64,000 nt of DNA, taken from the NCBI GenBank assembly GCA_964016885.1, contig OZ024750.1, positions 25,668,001-25,732,000 of the forward strand, in the 5' to 3' direction. This document shows positions 12,075 through 26,413 of this stretch, one piece after another (positions within the stretch are counted from its first letter, which is position 1; every line of letters starts with the position of its first letter). The translations under genes were made by a program, and so were the position numbers. The DNA comes from Eledone cirrhosa (taxonomy: Eukaryota). The notes below the pieces were generated by a model. It had not been told where the DNA came from, ran no database searches, and saw only the letters and a program-made list of their open reading frames with translations.

Positions 12075-12949
12075 TTAATCAAGCTATCAACATCTACATA
12101 TTTGCTCAACATGCTAGAAATAGCAGCCACATTACCCTGGAATCACACTGAACCAACCATCTTTAAAAAAAAATGGATGCATTGGATATTGTATCAAGTA
12201 CAATATTATGCTTGGAAAAATGATGAAATGTTCCTGGCTTGACTTATTTTGATCATAGTATCAGCTACCTAGCTACTACTACATAACCTACCATTTATAT
12301 AAAGCCTTCCTCAACAAATATATATGTATACTCTGTTGATTATAAAATGAACAAAACACAGCAGATATCGTTAATTATGAGAAGCTAGCTATGATTTGCA
12401 TGTCATTCATATTTTACTTAACAAATATGTTACATTTCTGATGTTTCTATAATCTATGTCAATAAACCTGACATGAAAAGTATGAGCAAATCCTATGGCT
12501 AGCCATAATAGTTGCGCGCACACACACACACACACTCATATATATGTTTGTGTGAACACACATACACACATTTATAGATTTGTGTTGTTTGTGTAAACAT
12601 AATAGATGTGTGTGCATAATTTTGTCAACAAACACTATAAATTTGTGTGTATGTTTGTATGAGTGAATTCATGCATATATATACATACTAGTATAATACC
12701 TGTCAAAGATGGGTTTATTTGTCTTCTTTCAGTAATTCTTAACACTTTTACTTCAAGCCTTGCTCCATTCTGCTACTGTGTTTTATTTTATCATTCACTT
12801 ATGTTGTATTATTTTTGACCCCACTCCTATTATTTTGCCTCCACCCACCATAATATTTTGATTTTCCACCTTTCTCTATCCCCACACCCCTCATTTTCTT
12901 TGTTCCCCATCTGCAGACTGTTCAATATTTCTTTCTTCACCTTGATTTT

Positions 12950-13280
12950 TAACCTACCTCTCTTTATAATACTGCCCTCTCCCTCTTCTCCCTCCAGTTA
13001 TCTAACCTCCCTCCCTCTGTTTATAATACTACCCTCCCCCAGTTATCTAACCCCCTCCCTCTCTTTATAATACTACCCTCCCCTAATTATCTAAACCCCT
13101 CTCTTTACAATACTACCCTCCCCCCAGTTATCTAACCCCCTCTCTTTATAATACTACCCTCCCCCAGTTATCTAACCCCCTCTCTTTATAATACTACCCT
13201 CCCCCTAGTTATCTAACCCCCTCTCTTTATAATACTACCCTCCCCCTAGTTATCTAAACCTCTCTCTTTATAATACTATC
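12950..13280. repeat. About 40-bp minisatellite (tctctttataatactaccctcccccagttatctaaccccc)
   Basis: tandem periodicity. Confidence 0.9.
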
Positions 13281-14635
13281 AAACTTATAATTGGTTTCTT
13301 TTGTATATAAAATGCAGTGACTTAGCAGAGTTGGATTAAATACAATGATATTTATTCTAATTTCCTGCCTGTACTCTGAGTTCAAATCTTGGTCAACTTT
13401 ACCTTTCATTCTTTTGGGGGTCACCAAATACAGAATCAGTCCCAAAACAGTAGATTGTTGGAATTGTTAAAAATGTTCTAGAAGATTCTTTGCAATATCA
13501 TTCTGCCTCTATATTCTGAGTTCCAATCTTATCTCCTGTCACCAGAAATACACTGATAATTTTGCTAGGAGCTATAACTGACAATAGAAAGAACAAAGGA
13601 AAGACCAATGGAAATATAGTTTCGTTAGTCAGATTTAATAATCGGCTTCTTTCCTTATTTATATATATATATATAGCAAAGTTTTGAAAGGAAATAACTA
13701 TTTTTGTTACTTGATAATCAAGCAATTTAAATACATATGCTGGTTAAAAAGAGTGGCTGTTGTGCCACAATGTAAATCTTTCTTTTGTGTATCCTGCAGA
13801 TGTAGTGAATTTAATATATAGAACTGAGAAAATGGTAAAATATTGGAATATTTTTTTTATCATTGATTGGAATATATATTTTTGTTGTATTATTTTGACC
13901 AATAAACTCATATAATCAATACAGAGTTGACTTTTTATTTATCATCATTTATATCTATCTAGCATGGAATAGGTTCACTATATAACTTAGAATAGGTACA
14001 CTAATATATATATTCAACATCTATCTAGCTTAGAATAGGTACACCATATATTTTATGTCTATCTAGCTTAGAATAGGCACCATATACAGTCAACGTATAT
14101 CTACCTTAGAATAGGTACACCATATATTCTGTGACTATCTGACTTAGATAGGTACACCATATCTCTGCATGTCATGGAGAGCAACCTAAAAGCTTAGCAG
14201 CAGGAAGGGGTATTCATCTATAAAACATTGCCTCGAAAATAAACCCCATATTCAGTATATAGTCTGCCTTGTGGCTTGTAAAGCTAACCTCAGCTCTGGC
14301 ACGGTACATCACATTAAAACACTTTTGGCAGTATCGCTAGAAGGTCGGACGTCATGCTTTGCAGTAAAGAGTTATGCCTCTTTACAGCCTGAGTTCAACT
14401 CCCACCGAGGTTGATTTTGGCTTTCATCCTTACAGGGTCAATAAAATAACGTACCAGTAATGTACTGAGATAATTGCTGGTGTTGTGCCAAAAGGAAGAA
14501 ACAATTATATATATCATTATCATCACCACTTAAAGTATATTTTCCATGCATGGGTTAGATTGCTGTTGTGTGCTGACTAGACTAGACTTGTGTGGTGACT
14601 AAGTCATGCTCATACACTTTGTTGTTATATTAAAC

Positions 14636-14979
14636 CAGAGGTTCTCAAACTTTTGGGGCCATCGACTCTCTCACAGCCACGTGATACTCTCAAAGCCCTC
14701 ACCCCTATTTCCAGAAAGACCTGCCTACACATAAATTGTAAATAATATATAATAAATAAAATCGTTAATCTATATATAATAAAATATATAATATATACTA
14801 TGTATAAATAAATATATATTTTTTATTTTACTATATTTATATATAATATGTATTATTTGATATTTAATATACTATTATATCATCTCTACTGCGCTCCCTT
14901 AGGCCCCAGTTCCCCTCTGGACCTTCTCAACGCCACCCGGTGGTAAGGGAGCGGGTAGTGCCCACTTTGAGAGCCTCTG
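14636..14979. mobile_element. hAT-type MITE (CAGAGGTTCTCAAAC...TTTGAGAGCCTCTG)
   Basis: 14-bp imperfect TIRs typical of Charlie-like hATs. Confidence 0.7.
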
Positions 14980-15859
14980 TCATAAAGTTTCAAATATCTT
15001 CATATGTTGGTAAGTTGTTATATTAAACGATGTCTTAAATCTACTCTTGTTCAGTAGGAAAGAAAATTTGTTTTCTGCAGAGTATTTTTTTGTCGATCGA
15101 CTTTTGTCAAATCCAACCGAGGAAACAATGTTTCCGTTGGTCTTTCCAATTGCTAATACTATCTATCGGTCGCAACTCCAGGTAGAAGGAGCAACGTGAA
15201 ATAAAGTGTCTTGCTCAAGGACATAACGCCTCACCCGGTCCAGGAATCGAACTCACAACCTCACGATTGCGAATCCAGTTCTCCAACTACTTAGCCACGC
15301 ACCTTCACTGCAGAGTATAATTTGAATAAATTCTGGTTAAAGTTGGTGGATAGTAGAAGTCTTATTTAGCTACCTTCTTTTACGATTCTGCAGGGTCAAA
15401 TTTTCCTTTTACCTTTGCTAAAGAAAAATCGGTGAAGTACTGGGGTTAAGGGCCTTGTTTTAGGGTGTGGGGGTACCAGGGGACAAGTCACCCCAGTTTT
15501 CCAGGAACGTGGGACAAATAATCTTTTGTCCCCACTACTTTATGATATGATAAATTCTTTTTAAGCTTATTTTTTTATATCTGAACTTCATTTGAATATA
15601 TAAATTTAATTCGCGTAAAATTTTATTTATGTGATAGGGTCCGGGAAAGGCATCGTAAGCAATACTAACATGCTCCTTTAAGAATCAACAAATGTTGGTT
15701 TGTCCCCCTCACATTTTAAAGGCAAACGAGGCCCCTGAGTGGGGTCGTGTTTATTGTGTGACCCCATGAGGAATATTTGAGGTTTGATTTACGGCAATGA
15801 AAGACTGAAAATGTAGGTATCTTAATAGAAATTTAATTATGTTCGAAGTTAATAAAATA

Positions 15860-16169
15860 CAGTGGACCTCGGTTCACGAACGCCTCTCATCAAAAACAAT
15901 TCGGCTCACGAACAAATTTTCCGCCACAGAAAATGTGGGTCACGAATGGTGCCTCGAGTAATGAACATACAACCCGGCAACACTGCTTGACGACAAGCTG
16001 AGAGCATCGGCGGAAAAACGTCACTTGCTGTGTAGTTAGTTACTATGGTGATATCTGTCTCTCGCACCAAGTCTCTCAACATTTCGTATAAGAAAATAAT
16101 TTCGGCTTACGAACATTTCGGGTAACGAACAGCCTTCAGGAACAAATTAAGTTCGTGAACTGAAGTTCA
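15860..16169. mobile_element. Tigger/pogo-type MITE (TA|CAGTGGACCTCGGTTCACGAAC...GTTCGTGAACTGAAGTTCA)
   Basis: TIR similarity and internal ACGAAC repeats; right end degenerate. Confidence 0.6.
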
Positions 16170-16745
16170 AAGGAAGATAACTCTGCACACAAGAGAGGTA
16201 ACTAAAACTAATTCAGGGGAAGTCACTCTTAGAACAGTTTGCTTCTTATAGTTATCTCCCTTTACAAAGACATATTTACACTAAACAGTTAATATGAAGA
16301 CTTATTTTAAGCTAAGAACACAAGGCACGAAGCAGTAAAAATATCGACGATTTGGAGAGATGCAAATTTTAAAGTTTATTTAAATAGAAATGAGTTTACT
16401 TTACATAATGAATGCATGTATATGCTTGTGTGTTTTGTGTCGTAAATGGATAACCACAGTTTTATTACTGCTTCAAATTCTCTTATTTTAAATAAATTAC
16501 ATAAATATTTAACATCGTATTGTTGTTAGATGAGACACAAGTTAGTTGTGTTTCCATTATAAGAGAGAAAAGTTCTATGGATAAACATACCGCGTCTGTT
16601 TTATTGGTTCCTTTAGAATTTATAATCACAATAACCATTTTTTTCGTAATATATTTCTCCTCATCTTCCTCTGCCTCTCCATCCATCATCATCACCCCCA
16701 CCATCACTGTCATCCCCACCATCACTGTCATCCCCACCACCATCA

Positions 16746-18302
16746 TCAAATAAGGCAATAATCAGTGTTACCCTCCAGTGATTCCATAAACTGTTGCACC
16801 TTAGTGTCTAGTTGTGATCGATCAATATCCGGTCGAGGTGCTGCTGGTTTAGCCATATTTTCTTTTACTAATCTTTCTAGATTCTTCTCCTTAGCGGGTT
16901 CTGTAAAAGAAGTATTGTTGTTTACGATCGTAAGAAAGTTATGATCCAGAGAATTTCTTTGTGGATCAGAAGGCCGGTTTCGTAGCAGCTTTAACAAAAG
17001 TTGTTTCTTTTTACGTATCATAGAAACCTGGTCTATTTTGAAACGTTCCTGCGGTTTTATATAATTCCTTAATTTATGTCCTTTGTACATAATGTAATTA
17101 CCATCTTCAGTTATTGATGATTGAGAACAAGACTCATCCGATATATCACTGTTTGAGAAGTGTTCAGGTTGAAATCTTCCTTTCTGTCTAAAACGATTCT
17201 GATAATAATTTGTGTCTACGTTCTGTTTACCACGCTTCATTTGTTGAGTAAACCCTGCTTCTTTTTTGTCAGAGACAAATGGATATGGTATATTTAATTC
17301 AGAGCTGATTTTTGCAATAATGGCTGCAGTATCAGTGGAATCGTGAGGTTTACTAAACATCTGTCGAGCAGCTGATATATTTTTTTCTATTGATGGTTGT
17401 TTAATAGGATTAAGGGGCTTACGTAAGTTTATAAAATTTGTATTTTCAGTAGAACGTATAATGGAAGTTTTCTTTGGTTGTGTACCAATCTTAGGGTTTC
17501 TTTGTCTATCTCGGATATTATAAGAATCGGTGTTAGTTCCTTTCGATACATTCTTAGCTCCTTTGTCCTCGCTTTTAATCTTTGACATAATATTAACCCG
17601 TGACGTTTGTGGGTTTGAAAGGGACGGGAGATGTTCGTCTAGCAAAGAGCGTTTAGGAAGTCCAACATCACGATTGGGTTTCAATGGATATGGAACATGT
17701 TTTGTTAAGTTACCTTGACTGTCGCAAGTAACCGTTGGACTGTCAACAGATTTGCTTGAACTTAGATTATTAATACATGTTTTAATACTCTTCAAATTGG
17801 AGGTAATCTTATACATAGATTTATATGACACGTCCTTTTTGTTTGAGCATACCATTCCATTATTTAACTCACTGTTCAGTGGTTCTAGATATTTCATTCG
17901 TTTTGTTGGATCTGATACAATATTTTGAGAATTTAGACAGCTTTGGTTTTGAGCATCAGTTATTTTCGCATGATTTGTAGTTAATTTTGGTCTTTTGGAA
18001 TATTCTGGTGGTACTTTTGGGAGATTCTGTGGTAGATTAGAATCTGGATCAATGGTGGGTAAAGTACAACTTAAATGAGATTTGAGCACCAAATCTTTGT
18101 ATATTTCGATACTATCACCACTACTACGTTTACATTTTTCTTGGAAATCAAGTATCTGCTCAATTTGCCGCTCAAGTCGAAGTTTTCTTTGTTCAATATC
18201 TCGCTGCATTAGTCTTAAACGGATTTCAAGATTAGAATCTTCTAGTCGATTCTTCGCTTTCAAGATCGTATCATCTCGTTTACAATTCTTCCGCATCGTC
18301 AT
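16746..18302 (-). CDS. Uncharacterised intronless 518-aa basic protein: N-terminal coiled coil, long low-complexity S/N/K-rich middle, short C-terminal amphipathic helix
   Basis: 1557-bp uninterrupted non-repetitive ORF in AT-rich DNA. Candidate minus-strand acceptor (tttcattttcag) about 18750 and AATAAA at 16380-16375. Confidence 0.8.
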   Translation of the reverse strand: MTMRKNCKRDDTILKAKNRLEDSNLEIRLRLMQRDIEQRKLRLERQIEQILDFQEKCKRSSGDSIEIYKDLVLKSHLSCTLPTIDPDSNLPQNLPKVPPEYSKRPKLTTNHAKITDAQNQSCLNSQNIVSDPTKRMKYLEPLNSELNNGMVCSNKKDVSYKSMYKITSNLKSIKTCINNLSSSKSVDSPTVTCDSQGNLTKHVPYPLKPNRDVGLPKRSLLDEHLPSLSNPQTSRVNIMSKIKSEDKGAKNVSKGTNTDSYNIRDRQRNPKIGTQPKKTSIIRSTENTNFINLRKPLNPIKQPSIEKNISAARQMFSKPHDSTDTAAIIAKISSELNIPYPFVSDKKEAGFTQQMKRGKQNVDTNYYQNRFRQKGRFQPEHFSNSDISDESCSQSSITEDGNYIMYKGHKLRNYIKPQERFKIDQVSMIRKKKQLLLKLLRNRPSDPQRNSLDHNFLTIVNNNTSFTEPAKEKNLERLVKENMAKPAAPRPDIDRSQLDTKVQQFMESLEGNTDYCLI

Positions 18303-18836
18303 TTTGTCATTAAAACGTATTTCTTATTTTTTGTTTGTAATATTATTTTTTAATGCTCTTGTGTTCAATAATACTTCAGTGTGTTGTTTTATTAAAACAA
18401 CATAATTCTTGGCAGTTTCACTGCTTAATTTAAGCCCCCCAGTTTTCGTCGAATGCTTATAGTTTTTACCAGAGAGAAAATGAATGTTTTATATATTTGA
18501 AACAAAAAAATAAAGTTTTTAAAGGTGGTATTCAAGTGATGTAAACACACAGTATAAATATTGTTGTTTCTGTTGTTGTGGTTGTCGATACAGAACACAG
18601 TTCTGATGATGCCCATGATGATGATGAGGTGGAGGAGTGGGGCGAGGGTTAAGGTTATGTAGTAGATTGTGAAAATGTCTCAGGTTCCGTTGAATTGTAT
18701 AAAGCTTTCTTAGACTAATACATTCTCTTGAGATTAAATGCACAAGTAACTGAAAATGAAATAATAATTGACAGTCAGAGGATATCTTTCATAACATTAC
18801 AGACTAGTAGATATTATTTCATACTACTACTACTGC

Positions 18837-18877
<41 letters not shown>

Positions 18878-19898
18878 TAATAATGGTGCCTTCTAATTGA
18901 TATATCTATCCCCACAGACGACACTATATCTATCAAGGAAATGGAGAAATTATCCTATTTGGATAATTTCTCCATTAAAGATCTGGAAATAGAAATAACT
19001 CGAGCGTAGATGATTAAAACAGAAACAATCCCTATAATAGTAGGCGGTGATAACCCAAACACCAGGACCTACAAATATACAGAAAATATCACAAGGCACC
19101 CTCAATACAATAGAAATAACAACACCAAAAAACAACACAGCACATGGTCAAGACACACAGAGCTGTGCTCGGTAATGCAGTGACGACATGCAATAAAAAT
19201 ATTGACAATAATTATAACAATGTATGTGTTAGTGGTGATGAACAGAAGAAAGAGTATTCAATACTAGTTATAGTGTATAAATTATTATTTATTATGAAAG
19301 TAGCAGACTGTGCGCGTGTTTTTATTGAAAATATGACCCAAAGTATAACTACATCTGTTTCAACACACGATTTCACATCAAGAATTTTGCAAAACAAATA
19401 CACAAACGAAATCCTAACACTTATTCTGACTGTAACGTTTAAAACATGTGACATCAGTGGGATTTGTACTTTAACTAAGGAGAGCTAAATATTGTCCTTT
19501 CCAGAGTTATATCCCTTAGAATATTGAAGTGATTTAAAGGCTCTCTCTTTGTCAGACAGAAGATGAGACTAAAATGTATAATATCGTCCTATGAAAGATC
19601 TGTCATCAACCATCTTTGGCTGAGAAACATATTTTTTAGTTTATAATCAGACCTTTAGTCGCTTAACAAATATATACATATATAAACAGAAACAACAAAG
19701 CTAATAATACAGTACAATGATATATTAGTTCAACGCTTGATATAGTCGGAAAAGAGTCTTATCGTTTCCGATACTAGTCCTTCATCAGAATATAGAATGA
19801 GAAATAAAAGATGAAATAGAGAAATAAAGAATGAGAAAGGGGAGAAACGGAAAAGATGTTTTTGGAGAAACAGCACGTGTGTGTGCAGTCAGTCATGA

Positions 19899-19990
<92 letters not shown>

Positions 19991-21369
19991 GTGCTGTGTG
20001 TATGTGCGTGTGTGTGATTACGTGTGTGTGCTAGTAATTGTTAGTAATGTGTAAGGTGTTGTTATCTGGCCTTGTGCCAAAATGTAGAAACAGTTATTTA
20101 GCATCAGATCAACCCAGCTTCACCAGATTTATGATGAAAAGAATTCTAGCGAGCTTTATTTGGTTATTCTCTCGACCATTGTATATCTCGGACTACATTA
20201 TCTAAAGTGTCTGTCCCTCCATTTCAAGTCGTTAGATGTAGTTAGTGAGGATTTGGCTGCTATTTCAGGCCAGTCGAAGGAACCAATAGAAGCTCCCTCA
20301 TTAATTCGGATTTGTGTAAGTCTGTATGTGCTTGTAACTCTGAACCAGTAGATGAATACATCAGAATTATCAGCTATAAAATCAATAAGACGAAAGTGTA
20401 AAGAATGAGTTTTGTGTCCGTAGTTATGGTAGAGGTTGTTGTTGTTGTTGTTGTTGTTCGGACCGAGGTTAGACCTGATCCAGGGAACCTAAGATCAAAG
20501 GTGTTTCAACAGGGATCATCTCGCCCCTTTTCAATTATTGAATCAAGGCCTTCCTTACCCAATGTGTACACCCTCTGTAAAATTAAGTTAAAGTCTGTTC
20601 TAAGCCGTAAGTTCATCAGGCCGGTGCTTATTTCCGGTTTCCTTGCGTTAAGTGACTGAGAGTACAAGACCCTCCATGGACAGGACGCCTGTCTATCGCA
20701 GGTTGAATTCCCCAGCTACTACTGGTACTCAGTCTCAGCTGAGTGTATTGTAGCAACAGGAAATAAAGTGTTTGGCTCAAGGACACAACACAACAGCACG
20801 CCCACGAATCGAACCATTAGGCTGTAGTGTAAATCGAAAAGGAAAGCTTTAGCTATTATTTCAAGCAGGTCAAGCGATCATGTAAATCCTCCCCGTTGTC
20901 TTGTATTCAGCAAAGTTACTCAATGAAGGGTTTCAAAATTACGTTTATTAAATGCTGAGTATAGAAAACTAATTCGTCACATCTTGTCTTGTCTTTTATT
21001 TTTAATTCCAATTGTAACTTGTAATAACAAAGCTGTTTGTCTAAGATGTCAACTTCAGGAATTAGACGTTAATTAAACGATTGATGGAATCAATAATGGA
21101 AGGGTAATTGTATAATCTTTTCTTTTTGCTATTTCTTTCAATCTTTCACTCTGTCTTGCTAGACTGACCACCTACAGAGTGTGATTAGACTTTTAAAGTT
21201 AATCCGATTAAACAATAGCATGAATTGCCATTCCTTGTTGAAGTCTCTTAACACTGATAAAAATCAATGAAACATGTTTTAAACAAGTATTTTCCACGTT
21301 TTCTTCTCTCTGTATTTTGTCCTGATAAACTGGTAGCTGTATCAGCCTCTATTATTTCTAACAATACAG

Positions 21370-22008
21370 CAGCGAATTGGCAGCATAGGTAGAGGGCCGG
21401 ACGCCATGCTGTGCAGCATAGAGTTACGGCCCTTTATGATCTGAGTTTGAATGCTGCTGGGGTTAACTTTGCCTTTCATCCTTACGGGGTCGATAAAATA
21501 AAGTACCAGTCACGCACTGGGGTCGATTTAATCGACTTTCCCCTTCCCCAAAATTGCTGGCCTTGTGCCGACATGAGAAACAATTATTTCTAACAATGTT
21601 TTTCTCCTTTTAATTAAATTCATTAATATAAATTGCCTCTTTGGTTTTTGCTTTCAGTTTTTCCATAAAATATTCTACAGGAATGTTTCATCCAACCTTT
21701 CTTAGAGTTTTTAAGAACATAATTCTATTTCTCCTCATTCCAAGATAACCAACATAAAATACGATAACCAAGATCTATTAGCTAGTTATTATATATTTTA
21801 AATCACCATAAGGGGCGCGGTGGATTGGCAGTATCGGTAGAGCGCCAGACTCCATGCTTTGTTGCATAGAGTTATGGTCCTTTACGTTCTGAGTTCAAGT
21901 CCCGCCGAGGTTAGCTTTGTCTTTCATCCTTACAGGGTCGATAAAATAAAGTACCAGTAATGCACTGAGCATAATTGCTGGCCTTGTGCCTATAGTAGAA
22001 AAAAATTG
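21370..22008 (+). mobile_element. Two SINE family 1 copies (21370-21588, 21813-22008)
   Basis: family consensus. Confidence 0.8.
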
Positions 22009-22824
22009 TATAGTTTGAAGCACCATATTGAGAATGTGTTTATTTCATTCCAGTTTCCATCGTTACATTTCTCAGCGATTTTGAGTGTTGATCATCAACA
22101 TCCGCATCCGGCGGCCTCAGCCGAAATGTTCTCAACAACTGATCTCCACGTGGGTCTGTCGTTCATTGCTGTTACCAAGTCCTGGATTTCAATACCAGAA
22201 TCTCTGGCGATGACATTGAGATAGGAGAGCTTGCGTCCCCTGTTATTAGTGACTGCTTGTTTTACTTTGTGTTGGTTTTTGAACAGCAGCCACTTTAATA
22301 AGTATCGCATTGGTGAAGACTATTTAGTTGTAAAAGTAATTATTATTGGTTGATGCAGAAATACAGGTAGAAACACTTCTTGAATTTTCAACCAAATTCC
22401 TATAAAGGAAACAACGAAGTAAATAAACAACTGGTTAGTGTATAATACGTTATCTATCTTTTAAGAAAATATAGAATTCAATATATAACGATTTACTTAT
22501 AAACTTGGTTAAATATTCCGTGTTCGATGTCAACTACGTCTATCATCTTGTCCGGGTCAATAAAAAAAAGTACCAATCAAGTATTGGTGCAGTCCATTTT
22601 TCTTTTCTTGAAAGGATGTTCTAACAGTTATCACCTCGTCTAGTTTCCACTAATGAATCTAAAATTATATTACAAGTGGGTGTCTCTCTCTCTCTCTCTG
22701 TTTGTCTGTTTGTGACAGCATAGTTATCTAAATCTCTTAACGAGTACATGGTGCATACTACAAAGTCATACTCGATTGCAAGTGAAAGCTGTAGTAGTTT
22801 ATATATATATATATATACTTTATA

Positions 22825-23216
22825 TGAGTGACGACAGAATTCCCAAAGTCCTCATGTATGGTCAGCTTAACAGCGGCAACAGGAGACATGGGAGAATATG
22901 ACTAACATATAAGGATAAGTTGAAATCAAATGTTACTGCTCTTGCAATCCCTTTCCGTGATTCTGAACAAATTGCTGTTGACATAAAGGACTGGAGAGAA
23001 AGGTGCCATAGTGCGACCAAGAGCTTTGAATCCAGTCAAGAAATTGCGTGTTGACCGAAAAGGGACGAAGCAATGGGCCATGATACTTGCTCTTGCGACC
23101 TATGTGGCTTCGTCTGTGGGTCACTGACAGAAATCAAATGTCACACGAGACACCACCATCCAGAGAGCTGATCTTTTGTTGGACACTCATACGTCGGATT
23201 TCGTCGGGGGAGTCCA

Positions 23217-23220
<4 letters not shown>
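22825..23220 (+). mobile_element. Degenerate RTE-clade LINE 3' fragment
   Basis: translates to MSDDRIPKVLMYGQLNSGNRR...TYKDKLK, typical of the RTE RT C-terminus. Confidence 0.65.
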
Positions 23221-23301
<81 letters not shown>

Positions 23302-23390
23302 AAATTGAGGTTGGTAATGGCACATGGAATATATAAGAGACGGAATACAGAAAGGCACACAGCAGTCAACCAGCCGCTACCAAGATAAAA

Positions 23391-23426
<36 letters not shown>

Positions 23427-23445
23427 ACACACACACATATATATA

Positions 23446-23516
23446 CAGGGTGCCCCCCCCCCACAAAATACTTCAACGGCATTCTAATAAGTATATACAT
23501 TTTTTGGGACACCCTG
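23446..23516. mobile_element. Tiny mariner-type MITE (TA|CAGGGTG...CACCCTG|TA)
   Basis: TIRs plus TA flanks, 71 bp. Confidence 0.55.
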
Positions 23517-23998
23517 TATATATAAATAACATAATTGATATAAATATATACACACCCCACACACACCTATATATATATATATGTAAATGTATAAATAATG
23601 TATAAATGATATATATATATATATATATATTTAATACAATAACAGAGAAAGCTTTAAGCTAAACTCTGACTAGTAACCATCTCACTCAACAAACATTAGG
23701 ATATACGTTAGTATAATCCCAATTTTGTGTTTGGGGTGCTAACTATATGTATTTTGTGGAAAGCCAGTTGTATTATTTTATATGAGATATAATTAAAATT
23801 AAAATATATCTCTCTTTCCAAACAATTGTTTCATTATAAGTTTTCTACAAGTTGGGAGAATGTTTCCGGTTTATGTAGAAGCCTAACATATTTTTCTGTA
23901 AGAACATATGCAGGTGGGTACTTATAAATCATCAGTGGATGCCCATTAAACTTTGATATAAGAAAAAATTTCTTACCGCAGTTATTTTTCTATATATA

Positions 23999-24039
<41 letters not shown>

Positions 24040-24169
24040 TATATATATAATATATATAATATATATATATATATCAGATAACAAGATATCGTTTAAGGTA
24101 ATCCAACTAGAGGTTAATACTTTAAATAAATCCTATTGTACAGCCAGCCATGTTAATTCTTCTTTCTTT

Positions 24170-24238
<69 letters not shown>

Positions 24239-24764
24239 TAGAGAGGGGGGAGAGACAGAGAGATAGAGGTAGCGATTGGGGTAGAGAGATAGAAGCAGAG
24301 AGAGAGAGAGAGAAGTCCCCTACTACTCCTATCGGTTTTCGGATCATAGACGAGTTTTCTCATGATAGGTGGCTATTACTATAGAAATATGTCTCCTGAT
24401 TTCATTGGGAAACAGAGATAAGAAGAAGGAAGACGGCAATTGGTTATGTTCAGCAATCATGGCGTCCTGGCGTCAACATCTTTTTACTTACAATGTAAAT
24501 GAGACAGTGTGAAAATATAACTAGATTTATTCTCATTGTCTCTTACATAAATCAATTGGCAGGTGACACTATAATGTGTCTACACTTTAATGATGTGTGT
24601 GTTTGTATGTGTGTATGTGTTTGTATGTGTATGTATATATATGTGTGTGTGTGTGTGTGTGGTGGTGGTGTGTGTGATGGTGGTGTGTGTGTGTGTGGGG
24701 GGGGGGGTACGTGTGCATTGCCTCAGCCGGATGACCGGACCGGAACAGGTAAACGAGTAAAAGA

Positions 24765-24821
<57 letters not shown>

Positions 24822-24878
24822 AATATATAAATATATAAATATATATATATATATAAATATATATATTTATTTTTATAA

Positions 24879-24915
<37 letters not shown>

Positions 24916-25094
24916 CGCATATAAAAACAAATATACATATAAACATAAAAAAAAAATATACGTATATAAATATATAAATACACATATATACATTTTTAAA
25001 TATATATGCATTTATATATTTATACATTTATATGTAAATATATCTATATATACATATACATAAATACACAAACACACACACACGTGTGTGTGTA

Positions 25095-25132
<38 letters not shown>

Positions 25133-25491
25133 TACACACACTCACACGCATACGCATACATATCACAAGGGTAAATACTGAGGTAAATAACAATTTAAGC
25201 TTAATGTGGTTCTGTAATCTACAAAATATATTCGAATCACCTCATCACAGCTTAGGAATGAAACTCGAAATAAACTAGAACGGCTGTATGAAGGTGATGT
25301 GGTACGGAACACATAATTATTGCATAAATAGTAGAGATGAAGTATTTTCCTGACATTTGAACATTATTCTATGTACTTTACATGCACCTTTGATGAGTTG
25401 TAGTGCACCTGAGCACTCTACATAATAATTTCATTATTATTATTATAACAAATGTTTCTACAAATATGAGCAGAAAATATGAAGGAAATAA

Positions 25492-25975
25492 ATAATTGTT
25501 TCTACTTTTGGCACAAGGCCAGCAATTACCCCAGTATATTACTGGTGCTTTATTTCATCGATCCCCGTAAGGATGAAAGGCAAAGCTAACCTCTGCAAGA
25601 TTTGAACTTAGAACGCAAAGGGCCATAATTCTATGCTGCAAAGCATGGTGTGTGACGCTCTACCGATACTGCTAACCCACTGGCAGGAAATAAATAATGA
25701 TTTCTACTATAGGCACAAGGCAAGCAATTTGGGGAAAGGGGAAAGTCAATTAAATCAGCCCCAGTACATTACTGGTGATTTATTTTATTGACCCCCGTAA
25801 GGCTGAAAGGCAAAGCTAACCTCGGCGGGATTTGAACTTAGAACGTAGAGAGCCATAACTCTATGCTGCAAAGCATGGTGTCTGACGCTCTATCGATACT
25901 ACTAATCCACCGGCAGGAAATAAATAATAATTGTTTTTACTTTAGGCACAAGGCCAGCAATTATTCCAGTGCATT
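25492..25975 (-). mobile_element. Tandem SINE family 1 copies (two full, one 3' fragment)
   Basis: family consensus, separated by ggaaataaataat. Confidence 0.8.
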
Positions 25976-26181
25976 TAATAATAATGGTGAAAAACCTTGC
26001 TCAAGCTTTGTATATTATAATCGCATCATTGATTCGAGGAATAAGATATTAATTTTGCTCATTTTTGTCTCATCAGAGAATATATTAACTATTTAAAGAA
26101 GCAATGTCAATAGCGTTCCAACTATGACCATCTTGTTCTATTTTCAAACATACATACTGTTATCATGCATACATACGTATA

Positions 26182-26215
<34 letters not shown>

Positions 26216-26234
26216 TGTGTGTGTGCGTGTGCGT

Positions 26235-26303
<69 letters not shown>

Positions 26304-26318
26304 TGTGTGTGTGTGTGT

Positions 26319-26413
<95 letters not shown>

